The notes under the pieces: model-generated | What the model was told of the DNA's origin: nothing | Databases searched by the model: none | Seen by the model: the letters and a program-made list of their open reading frames with translations, nothing else | Made by a program: the position numbers and the translations under genes | Assembly (NCBI GenBank): GCA_964640345.1 | Contig: CAZXFU010000019.1 | Span: 1 to 19,903, forward strand | DNA length: 19,903 nucleotides | Direction: 5' to 3' | Source: an uncultured Eubacteriales bacterium | GTDB lineage: Bacteria > Bacillota > Clostridia > TANB77 > RGIG9151 | Part shown: in pieces, positions 9,651 to 17,534 of the stretch | Numbering within the stretch: the first letter of the stretch is position 1 | Layout: each line of letters starts with the position of its first letter

Positions 9651-10592
9651 ATGAAAGCCGGAAGAAATAAAACTATTGATATTACAGTTGATGAAGGTAG
9701 AAATTATTTAGAAAAATGCATAGTTGTTAATAAAAAAGTTAATGTTGATGAGATTACGGACAAGACTATAAAAGGCGATACGTTCGATGTTTTATTGAAG
9801 CTGCCGGAAAGTTTTGTAGATTTGCTAATAATCGATCCTCCGTATAATCTAGCTAAGGATTTTCACGGAAATAAGTTTAAAAAAACAACGGACGAGATGT
9901 ATGCAGAATATACAGAGAAGTGGATAAAGTTAGTAAAGCCGTTATTAAAACCTAATGCGTCTATGTATGTTTGCTGTGATTGGCAGTCCGGCTGTGTTAT
10001 AGGCAGTGTCTTAAAAAAATATTTTTATGTTCAAAACCGTATTACTTGGCAAAGAGAAAAAGGCAGAGGAGCACTTAGCAATTGGAAAAACGGAATGGAA
10101 GATATTTGGTTTGTTACAAATTCTAAAGAGTATGTTTTTAATGTTGATAGTGTAAAGATGAGAAGAAAGGTTATAGCACCGTATAAAGATGACGGAAAGC
10201 CTAAAGATTGGGAAGAAACCGAAGATGGGAAATTTAGAAACACTTATCCTTCAAATTTTTGGGATGATATTTCTGTTCCGTATTGGTCTATGCCTGAAAA
10301 CACATCACATCCTACTCAAAAACCCGAAAAACTACTGGCAAAGCTTATTTTAGCCAGCTCTGATGAGGGAGATTTTGTGTTTGATCCGTTTTTGGGATCC
10401 GGTTCTACTTCTGTTACTGCAAAGAAGTTAAAAAGACATTATGCAGGAGTTGAACAAAATGAACAGTATTGTGTTTGGTATGAAAAAAGGCTTGAGATGG
10501 CAGATACAGATAACTCTATTCAAGGGTATTCTGACGGTGTGTTTTGGGAAAGAAATACAAATAGTCTTCAATTAAAATCGAAGAAAAAATAA
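9651..10592 (+). CDS. Beta-class N6-adenine/N4-cytosine DNA methyltransferase (PF01555-type), probably m6A
   Basis: Catalytic motif IV IIDPPYNL lies near the N-terminus, HPTQKPEKLL in the middle, and SAM-binding motif I FDPFLGSGSTSVTA near the C-terminus. IV before I is the beta permutation. GAGGAG RBS is 11 nt after the upstream stop. Confidence 0.9.
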   Translation: MKAGRNKTIDITVDEGRNYLEKCIVVNKKVNVDEITDKTIKGDTFDVLLKLPESFVDLLIIDPPYNLAKDFHGNKFKKTTDEMYAEYTEKWIKLVKPLLKPNASMYVCCDWQSGCVIGSVLKKYFYVQNRITWQREKGRGALSNWKNGMEDIWFVTNSKEYVFNVDSVKMRRKVIAPYKDDGKPKDWEETEDGKFRNTYPSNFWDDISVPYWSMPENTSHPTQKPEKLLAKLILASSDEGDFVFDPFLGSGSTSVTAKKLKRHYAGVEQNEQYCVWYEKRLEMADTDNSIQGYSDGVFWERNTNSLQLKSKKK

Positions 10593-10672
10593 GAAATATT
10601 TCCAATACATGATTTATTAACATGAATTCTAATTTTGACGATAGACGCTTAAGAAGGGACGTTGAGAAAAGT

Positions 10673-13138
10673 ATGGAAAAAAAACTTATTGCCGGAGGTT
10701 TAGTTATATTAAGCCTTATGACAAACAGCTTTGCGGCAGATATAACATATTATGGCTTGCAAAACGGAGATAGTAAGATAAACTCTATAAATTTTACTGA
10801 TGTCTTAAATCAAGGAAGCAGTTATTGGGCAAAACCCGCAATTTACCAAATCTCAGCTTTTGGCATTATGAACGGATTTTCTTCTAGTGCTTTTTCTCCG
10901 ACCTCTGCAGTTACGAACGAGCAGGCGGTTGCTACGATTTTAAATGCTAAAGGAAAAGCAACAGACGTTAGCAATATAAAAATGATTTCAAATAACTGGT
11001 CGGACAAGTACATAAAATATGCAATGAATGATGGTTTGATTACCGAGAAAATTGTATATAAGAAGTCAGATGTCGTAGGAGATTTAAAAGCATTAAAAGA
11101 TAAAGGGGTTTTTATAAGAGACATTCCGATTACAAGAGAAGAAGTTGCAACATTGATTTATAGAGCTTTTAACCTATCTTCAGTTTCTAATGATACCACA
11201 AAAAATCCCATAGATTTTTTAGACAGAGCATTAATCAATAGCAATAGATTAACTCATGTTGATGCGGTTTCTAAAGAAGGTATTATGGTTGGCGACGAAT
11301 CGGGGATGTTTAATCCACAAGCTAGTCTTACAAGAGCTGAATTTGCACAGATTCTTAAAAACTGTGAAGATAAATTGCTTGGAGATTTACGTCTTACAAA
11401 GCGTTCAGGTTTTATAGATACTGCTAATGGCAGTAGTTTTGAAATTACTGACGATAATGGAAATACTATAGAGGTTAATTGTGTTGGACGTGATATTCCT
11501 GTTATAAGAAATGGCACTCTTTCAGGTATTTCGAGCCTTAGAGCGGCTGATGAAATAGAGTTTTTTGTGGATACTTCTAGGCAAGTTGTTTTTATAAGGG
11601 TTATTGATGAAGGAATTTATGATGACAATTCAAATACTGTCTCTGAAACTATTTCAAAGCAGGGAATTGTTACCGGAAACAGTCCATATTTTTATGAAAT
11701 TTCTATAAAGGATAAAAACGGAAATATTGAAAAATATAATTACGGTGCTTGGACAGAAGTTTATAAAGATGGGAAGGAAACAAATGCAAGCGATATATTG
11801 CAAGGAGATACTGTATATCTTGAATTTGATGAAATCGGTGATTTGGTTACAATAAGAGGAGTTACAAACGCTGTTATAACGTACGGCACAGTTATTGATG
11901 TTACAGGGTATAATGTTACGTTAAAAATGGACTCTGACGGTGCGGTAAAAAAAGTCAATTTAAAGGAAATACCGATATATGAAAACGGTCAAGAAATTGA
12001 TGCTACGGATTTATTTAATGGGAAGTATTTAAAATTATATTCTGCACAAAGTGAGATAATTAAGGCAGAAATAGTTTTAGATGAAAGAACTGCAGAAAAT
12101 TTATATAAAGGGTATATAAGTGAAATAAATTTGATTCAGGATAGAATTATTTTAAGAAATCCAAAAGTATTTAAAAATAACAGTTGGGAAAGTGCTGAAT
12201 CAAGCTTTATTACTATTCCTTTGGACAATGATATGGAAATTACCTTTGACGGTAGTAAACTTAAAAAAGAAGAATTAGGCGAAAAACAAGTCGGGAAATT
12301 TGCATATATAGCTACAAGAGAGGATACAAAGGTATTAGAGAAAGTTAAAGCTATAAATATTGAGTTTGACAAAGACATAGATACTTTTGTCGGAGAAATC
12401 AGATCTTTTTCTAATAATTCCGGAGTACTCAAGATATATGATAATTCAGACAGATTATATATTGATGATTCTACAATTTGTATTATTGACGGAAAAATCG
12501 TATCTCCTTCAGGATTAGAAAAAGGAGATAATGTTTCCGTTACTGTAGCATATGATGATGATACATACATAGTAAAGATGATTACAAGTGTTGAACAGGT
12601 TGAAGAAAAAGATGTCACGGTTTATTATGGAAAAATAAATAGTATTAAAAGCGGAAATGAAATTACATTGGAAATTAACGCGATGTTTGAGGATAATGAG
12701 TGGAATGAATTGAAGAGAAAATATACTTCTTTTGAAATTACAGAGGATACAAGAATATTTAGTGAGAGCGAACCGCTTACTTTTAAAGAATTTGATAGTT
12801 CTTATGAAGATATGACGGCTTGTGTTGTTGCGTATGATGACAAGGCTGTTTCTATCGGAATAATGGATTTTGGAGAAAATAATCCATATATCTCTGTTGG
12901 AAGTATAAAAGAAGTAGGAGAGTCAAGTATAGTGGTTTATGATGTAGAATATTATGATTTTGAAGAAGAAGAGTGGCTTGTTGTTAAAGATGATGAGAAT
13001 GTTGGAATCGGAGCTAATACACTTATTACTAAGAATGGCAATTTTTCAAAAACCAGTGGTCTTGAGAAAGGGCAGGAAGTTGTTATTATAAGGAAAGATG
13101 CAACTTCTTCTGCCGGTGTTATTTTAGCTAATGATTAA
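10673..13138 (+). CDS. Secreted SLH-domain surface protein: N-terminal triple SLH anchor plus about seven divergent beta-rich modules
   Basis: Signal peptide MEKKLIAGGLVILSLMTNSFA/AD. Three SLH-like segments (FTDV…YWAKPAIYQISAFGIMNG…, …YIKYAMNDGLI…ITREEVATLIYRAF, …HVDAVSKEGIMVGDESGMFNPQASLTRAEFAQIL). A repeated ~70-90 aa module pattern follows. The start could also be ATG 10622. Confidence 0.85.
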   Translation: MEKKLIAGGLVILSLMTNSFAADITYYGLQNGDSKINSINFTDVLNQGSSYWAKPAIYQISAFGIMNGFSSSAFSPTSAVTNEQAVATILNAKGKATDVSNIKMISNNWSDKYIKYAMNDGLITEKIVYKKSDVVGDLKALKDKGVFIRDIPITREEVATLIYRAFNLSSVSNDTTKNPIDFLDRALINSNRLTHVDAVSKEGIMVGDESGMFNPQASLTRAEFAQILKNCEDKLLGDLRLTKRSGFIDTANGSSFEITDDNGNTIEVNCVGRDIPVIRNGTLSGISSLRAADEIEFFVDTSRQVVFIRVIDEGIYDDNSNTVSETISKQGIVTGNSPYFYEISIKDKNGNIEKYNYGAWTEVYKDGKETNASDILQGDTVYLEFDEIGDLVTIRGVTNAVITYGTVIDVTGYNVTLKMDSDGAVKKVNLKEIPIYENGQEIDATDLFNGKYLKLYSAQSEIIKAEIVLDERTAENLYKGYISEINLIQDRIILRNPKVFKNNSWESAESSFITIPLDNDMEITFDGSKLKKEELGEKQVGKFAYIATREDTKVLEKVKAINIEFDKDIDTFVGEIRSFSNNSGVLKIYDNSDRLYIDDSTICIIDGKIVSPSGLEKGDNVSVTVAYDDDTYIVKMITSVEQVEEKDVTVYYGKINSIKSGNEITLEINAMFEDNEWNELKRKYTSFEITEDTRIFSESEPLTFKEFDSSYEDMTACVVAYDDKAVSIGIMDFGENNPYISVGSIKEVGESSIVVYDVEYYDFEEEEWLVVKDDENVGIGANTLITKNGNFSKTSGLEKGQEVVIIRKDATSSAGVILAND

Positions 13139-13155
13139 GAAAGGTTGAAGATGAT

Positions 13156-14601
13156 ATGAAGAAAGTTATTGGATTATTGTGCGGTTTCTTAATTTTTTCT
13201 GTTTCATACGCATATGAGCCGGCAATCACGGAATATGTTGCCGGTAAGAAAGAGTTAAATTGTAAGGAGGTTGTGTTTATAAGTGGAGAACCTATTTTGA
13301 TGGAGGGAACTGCAAAAATAACTTCTTCTAAAAAAGGTACTTCTCAAACGGAAAGTTATTCATATAGTTTAAGTGACGATAACGGAAACACTTTAACACG
13401 AGATATATCGTTTAAAATTAATTCTATCGAAAAATCCAATGGACAAGTTACAAATGTATGGGAAGTTAACAAATTTGAGGAGTCTATTGCTATTGGCGGT
13501 ACGAAATACACTTTGGAAAAGTATGATTTTTCTAAAAATAGACTAGATGATGTTAGAGCAGTCGGAACATATTTTGCGGGGAACATAAACATTTCTAAAG
13601 AGTACAATGACGGAAGTGGAAAAGGAAAAATAAAGATTGCAGGTACAGGTTCGTTATACGGATATGATACTTCTTGGTCAAAAAATGAGACAGTTAATAT
13701 GACTTACACGATTTCAAATATTCAGGAAAATAGTTCATGGACCGGAAAATATAAGACTGTTACGTCAGATACTGACAGGAAAGTTATAACGTATATTGAA
13801 AATAGACCAACAGAGATAAGCTTTGACGGTGGTTTTATGCTTTCTGAAAATAATATAAGTACGTTAAGATATTCGTCGGAAATGCCTGAATTTTATGGTA
13901 CAAAAGCACTTGATTATATTGTTACGGATAGTGGATCTTTTAAGTACGAGTCTTTTCCTGTTGAAACAAGGCTAGCTAATTATTCGTTAAAAGGAATAAA
14001 AGGACATTGGGGGGAAAAGGCACTAAGACAAGCTTTTTCACTTGAATATATGGATGAATGGAATGATAATACTACTCCGGATAGTCCGGTCACAAGGGGA
14101 GAGTTCGCAAAAATTATGGCACTTGCATTAAAACTTGATTTGACTCAAAAGACGAGTAATGTTACTGCTTCCGGTAATGCTGCTTCCGGTAATGATACCG
14201 AAAAAACAGTTGTATATAAAGACGTACCTGAGACAAATAAGTATTATAAGTATATAATTGCACTTACTGAATCAGGAGTTGTTAAAGGAACCGGGAACAG
14301 TAAATTCCAACCGAATGCGGTTATAAGCAGGGCAGAAGCAATTACTATGATTATAAATGCTTTAGGATTTGAAGATAAGGCACCTGAGCCTTTACCGCTA
14401 CTTAACTTTTCAGATAGTGCCGACGTTCCGGCTTGGGCAGACAGATACATTTACATGGGAAACAAAATAGGGCTTATAAACGGCGATGAAAATGGAAATG
14501 TTATGGCAAGAAAACAACTTACAAAAGCGGAAATTGCTTCTATTACAAATAATATGGTAAAATACCTTATTGAAGAGCTTGGAGAGGAATATGTTTTGTA
14601 A
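13156..14601 (+). CDS. Secreted SLH-domain surface protein: unrecognised ~260-aa N-terminal domain plus C-terminal triple SLH anchor
   Basis: Signal peptide [22 protein letters not shown]-terminal SLH segments ([13 protein letters not shown]…[14 protein letters not shown]; [25 protein letters not shown]…[14 protein letters not shown]; [27 protein letters not shown]…LTKAEIASI). Confidence 0.85.
   Translation: MKKVIGLLCGFLIFSVSYAYEPAITEYVAGKKELNCKEVVFISGEPILMEGTAKITSSKKGTSQTESYSYSLSDDNGNTLTRDISFKINSIEKSNGQVTNVWEVNKFEESIAIGGTKYTLEKYDFSKNRLDDVRAVGTYFAGNINISKEYNDGSGKGKIKIAGTGSLYGYDTSWSKNETVNMTYTISNIQENSSWTGKYKTVTSDTDRKVITYIENRPTEISFDGGFMLSENNISTLRYSSEMPEFYGTKALDYIVTDSGSFKYESFPVETRLANYSLKGIKGHWGEKALRQAFSLEYMDEWNDNTTPDSPVTRGEFAKIMALALKLDLTQKTSNVTASGNAASGNDTEKTVVYKDVPETNKYYKYIIALTESGVVKGTGNSKFQPNAVISRAEAITMIINALGFEDKAPEPLPLLNFSDSADVPAWADRYIYMGNKIGLINGDENGNVMARKQLTKAEIASITNNMVKYLIEELGEEYVL
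14167..14196 (+). repeat. In-frame 15-bp tandem duplication inside the SLH gene linker
   Basis: GCTTCCGGTAATGCT (14167-14181) is followed directly by GCTTCCGGTAATGAT (14182-14196), 14/15 identical, encoding [10 protein letters not shown]. Confidence 0.9.
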
Positions 14602-14630
14602 GTATAAAAGTGGCAATTTTTTCTGTTTTA

Positions 14631-14661
14631 TGCTAAAATATTCACGTAATGAATATTTTAG
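14631..14661 (+). promoter_or_regulatory. Perfect 12-bp inverted repeat (candidate operator) overlapping a putative extended -10 element upstream of the glmU-like gene
   Basis: CTAAAATATTCA (14633-14644), 5-nt spacer CGTAA, TGAATATTTTAG (14650-14661). TGCTAAAAT (14631-14639) looks like an extended -10. No T-tract follows, so it is not a typical terminator. The GGGGGG RBS at 14665-14670 comes immediately after. Confidence 0.5.
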
Positions 14662-14677
14662 TATGGGGGGTAATGTA

Positions 14678-15376
14678 ATGGAGAATAAAATACAGTATGC
14701 AAATGAACTTAGAGAAAAACGAAAGATTATTAATGAAAAACACATGAAAAACGGCGTAACTATTATAGATCCTGAGGTTACATATATAGATGAAAGTGTA
14801 GAAATAGGAGAAGGAACAGTTATTTATCCCGGAAATATTTTAGAGGGGAATACTAAAATCGGTAAAAACTGCATATTAGGTCAAAATAATAGGATAACAG
14901 ATAGTATAATTGACGATGAAGCTGATGTTATGAGTTCCGTTTTGATTGAGAGTAAAGTTGGGAGTGGAACACATGTTGGACCTTTTGCATATTTAAGACC
15001 TAATTCTGTTATTGGCAAAAGTGCAAGGATTGGAGATTTTGTTGAAATTAAAAATTCTAATATCGGAGATAATACAAAGGTTTCTCATCTTACTTATGTC
15101 GGAGACAGTGATGTAGGAAGTGAAGTTAATTTCGGATGTGGTACAGTTACTGTGAATTATGATGGGCTAAATAAGCATAGAACAACTATAGGAAATAAAG
15201 TATTTATAGGATGTAACACAAATTTAGTTGCACCGGTTACATTAGAAGACGGAGCGTATACAGCTGCCGGAACGACTATTACTAAAGATGTTCCTAAAGA
15301 TTCTTTGGCGATAGGAAGAGTTCGTCAGGAAGTAAAAAACGGTTGGGCTAAAGGTAAGACTAAAGTTAATAAATAA
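14678..15376 (+). CDS. Stand-alone GlmU C-terminal half: left-handed beta-helix glucosamine-1-phosphate N-acetyltransferase domain, no uridyltransferase domain
   Basis: The 232-aa protein aligns by eye with the helical arm, LbH domain and C-terminus of GlmU (NGVTIIDP…, hexapeptide repeats, [48 protein letters not shown]…AAGTTIT). ATG at 14678 follows a G-rich RBS. The ORF-track start at 14570 overlaps the SLH gene and is unlikely. Confidence 0.85.
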   Translation: MENKIQYANELREKRKIINEKHMKNGVTIIDPEVTYIDESVEIGEGTVIYPGNILEGNTKIGKNCILGQNNRITDSIIDDEADVMSSVLIESKVGSGTHVGPFAYLRPNSVIGKSARIGDFVEIKNSNIGDNTKVSHLTYVGDSDVGSEVNFGCGTVTVNYDGLNKHRTTIGNKVFIGCNTNLVAPVTLEDGAYTAAGTTITKDVPKDSLAIGRVRQEVKNGWAKGKTKVNK

Positions 15377-15391
15377 GAGAGGAAAATGATA

Positions 15392-16717
15392 ATGAAACCG
15401 ATTGTGGCAGTTGTAGGACGACCGAATGTTGGTAAATCTTCGTTTTTTAATTACATTGCCGGGAAAAGAATTTCTATTGTTCAGGATACTCCCGGAGTAA
15501 CTAGAGACAGGATTTATACTGATGTTGAATGGCGTGGCAGAAAATTCACAATGATAGATACAGGCGGAATAGAGCCTAAATCTAATGATAATATTTTAGT
15601 TCAGATGAAATATCAAGCGGAGCTTGCGATAGATAGTGCTGACACTATTGTTTTTATGGTTGACGGAAAAGACGGGGTTACGGCAGCAGATTATGAAGTA
15701 GCTAAAATGCTTAGAAAAACAAAAAAGCCTATAGTTCTTATCGTAAATAAAATAGATAAAACAGGCGAAATCCCGCCGGAAGTATATGAATTTTATAACC
15801 TTGATATGGGCGATCCATATCCGATTTCTACTATACAAGGGCTTGGAATTGGAGATGTGCTTGATGCGATTTATGATACTTTTAAGGATATCTCTGATGA
15901 AAATGAAAATGAAGATGTTATAAAGGTAGCATTAATCGGAAAACCGAATGTTGGGAAGTCTTCACTAGTTAATAAAATTTTAGGTGAAGAAAGAGTTATT
16001 GTAAGTGACGTTCCTGGAACTACAAGAGACGCGATTGATACAGACTTTGTATATGCCGAGAAAAAATATACATTTATTGATACGGCAGGGCTTAGAAAGA
16101 AAAACAAAGTTAACGAAGATATTGAAAAGTACAGTGGAATGAGGACTATTACGGCAATTGAAAGAGCTGATGTATGTTTATTGCTGATTGATGCGAATGA
16201 AGGAGTGACAGAGCAGGACACTAAAGTAGCCGGGTATGCACATGAAGCAGGTAAGGGAATTATAATTGTTGTTAATAAATGGGATATTCATGAAAAAGAA
16301 ACCGGCACGTTAGAAAAGTATAGAGAAAGAGTTTATAGCGATCTTGCATATCTTACTTATGCTCCGATTATATTTGTATCCGCACTTACAGGTCAAAGGG
16401 TAAATAAATTGTTTGAGCTTATTCCATATGTTGCTGATCAAAATGCTATGAGAATTACAACAGGTATGTTAAATGACGTTATAAATGAAGCTGTTGCTAT
16501 GGTTCAACCGCCTTCAGATAAAGGAAGACGGCTTAAAGTTTTTTATGGTACACAGGTTTCTACAAAGCCTCCTACATTTGTAATTTTTGTTAATAGTAAG
16601 AAATTGATGCATTTTTCTTATGTAAGGTATTTGGAAAATCAAATAAGAAAGAATTTTGGACTGGAAGGTACGTCAGTAAGAATGATTATAAGGGAAAAAG
16701 GAGATAAAGAGGACTAA
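15392..16717 (+). CDS. der: Ribosome-associated GTPase Der (EngA), double G-domain
   Basis: Two GTPase domains (GRPNVGKSS…DTGG…NKID and GKPNVGKSS…DTAG…NKWD) and a C-terminal KH-like domain. ATG 15392 is better spaced from the GAGG RBS than ATG 15386. Confidence 0.95.
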   Translation: MKPIVAVVGRPNVGKSSFFNYIAGKRISIVQDTPGVTRDRIYTDVEWRGRKFTMIDTGGIEPKSNDNILVQMKYQAELAIDSADTIVFMVDGKDGVTAADYEVAKMLRKTKKPIVLIVNKIDKTGEIPPEVYEFYNLDMGDPYPISTIQGLGIGDVLDAIYDTFKDISDENENEDVIKVALIGKPNVGKSSLVNKILGEERVIVSDVPGTTRDAIDTDFVYAEKKYTFIDTAGLRKKNKVNEDIEKYSGMRTITAIERADVCLLLIDANEGVTEQDTKVAGYAHEAGKGIIIVVNKWDIHEKETGTLEKYRERVYSDLAYLTYAPIIFVSALTGQRVNKLFELIPYVADQNAMRITTGMLNDVINEAVAMVQPPSDKGRRLKVFYGTQVSTKPPTFVIFVNSKKLMHFSYVRYLENQIRKNFGLEGTSVRMIIREKGDKED

Positions 16718-16730
16718 GGAGGAAATAGTT

Positions 16731-17471
16731 ATGATTAATACAGAAACTATAATTTTTATTTTAAGATTGTTATTTATTGCAATTGTAGCATATTTACTCG
16801 GTAGTATTAATACTTCTATAATTGTAGGAAAGGTATATGGAATAGATATTAGAAAAGAAGGAAGCGGAAACGCGGGTCTTACGAACACTTTAAGAACTCT
16901 TGGAAAAAGAGCTGCTTTAGTAGTTTTGACAGGAGATATTTTAAAAGGTGTTATTTCCATTTTGCTGGCAAAAGTTATGGCACCGGTATTAACAACACAA
17001 GTTATTATTGGCGACACCTTAATTGATGTGCCGAATGTATATACAGAACTTGCTATGCAAATTGCAGGTGTCGCAGTTGTTTTAGGTCATATTTTCCCTG
17101 TATTTTATAAGTTTAAAGGTGGAAAGGGTGTTCTTACATCTATTACTGTTATATTAATGACAGAATGGCAAGTAGGTTTAGCTTGTTTAGCTGTTTTCTC
17201 GGTTACGGTTTTATTTACAAGATATGTGTCACTAGGTTCAGTTTTAGCAGCTTTCTCTTGTCCGTTTTTCTTAATTGCATTTGAACAATATATTCCTGTT
17301 GATGTCATGACAGATACATTAAGTTGGATAATATTTAATGTTATTTTGGCAGTTATAGTTATATTTGGTCATAAAGGTAATATTGTTAGATTATTTAATA
17401 ATACAGAAAGAAAATTAGGCGAGAAAAAAGAAGCTTATGAAGAACGCATAAAAAAGTTAGAAACCAAGTAG
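16731..17471 (+). CDS. plsY: Glycerol-3-phosphate acyltransferase PlsY (acyl-phosphate dependent)
   Basis: YLLGSINTSIIVGK…GSGNAGLTN..R.LGK…GDILKG…LGHIFPVFYKFKGGKGV motifs; multi-pass membrane protein. AAGGAGG RBS. Confidence 0.9.
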   Translation: MINTETIIFILRLLFIAIVAYLLGSINTSIIVGKVYGIDIRKEGSGNAGLTNTLRTLGKRAALVVLTGDILKGVISILLAKVMAPVLTTQVIIGDTLIDVPNVYTELAMQIAGVAVVLGHIFPVFYKFKGGKGVLTSITVILMTEWQVGLACLAVFSVTVLFTRYVSLGSVLAAFSCPFFLIAFEQYIPVDVMTDTLSWIIFNVILAVIVIFGHKGNIVRLFNNTERKLGEKKEAYEERIKKLETK

Positions 17472-17534
17472 GTATTAATGTAGTAAGAAGCGAAGCAGCC
17501 AAATTTTCTTGTAATTTTAACAGGAGGTATACAA

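Noticed and set aside
10594-10603. 10-bp palindrome GAAATATTTC just after the methyltransferase stop codon.
   Set aside because: It is short and almost entirely A/T, with no U-tract and no adjacent promoter elements. It is indistinguishable from chance.
10623-10651. ECF-promoter-like spacing TGAATT-N17-CGCTTA upstream of the SLH genes. This could have linked them to the ECF sigma factor at the window end.
   Set aside because: It lacks the two most conserved ECF determinants, AAC in the -35 and CGT in the -10. The match is at chance level in AT-rich DNA.
10622-10672. Upstream ATG giving a 17-aa charged extension (MNSNFDDRRLRRDVEKS) before the signal peptide of the first SLH protein.
   Set aside because: Starting at ATG 10673 gives a canonical signal peptide. 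Neither start has a strong RBS, so this remains an unresolved alternative rather than a feature.
10677-10684. A8 homopolymer directly after the start codon of the surface-protein gene, considered as a phase-variation tract.
   Set aside because: Runs of 8 A or T occur repeatedly in this AT-rich window, including inside rlmB and ftsK. Eight is short for efficient slippage. Nothing here distinguishes this tract.
14570-14677. ORF-track N-terminal extension of the glmU-like gene. I also considered whether it is a remnant of the missing GlmU N-terminal domain.
   Set aside because: It overlaps the SLH gene's 3' end and reads through the perfect palindrome. Its translation (…[19 protein letters not shown]) shows no convincing similarity to the GlmU uridyltransferase domain. 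ATG 14678 has the G-rich RBS.
9273-17308. Antisense ORFs inside or overlapping the carboxyltransferase, methyltransferase, both SLH genes, the glmU-like gene, der and plsY. Examples are 12136-12618 (160 aa), 14410-14745 (111 aa), 15871-16221 (116 aa) and 16673-17017 (114 aa).
   Set aside because: These are mirror-frame artefacts. Their S/T/I/F-rich composition reflects the complement of the sense codons. They show no start-site signals and no family motifs.
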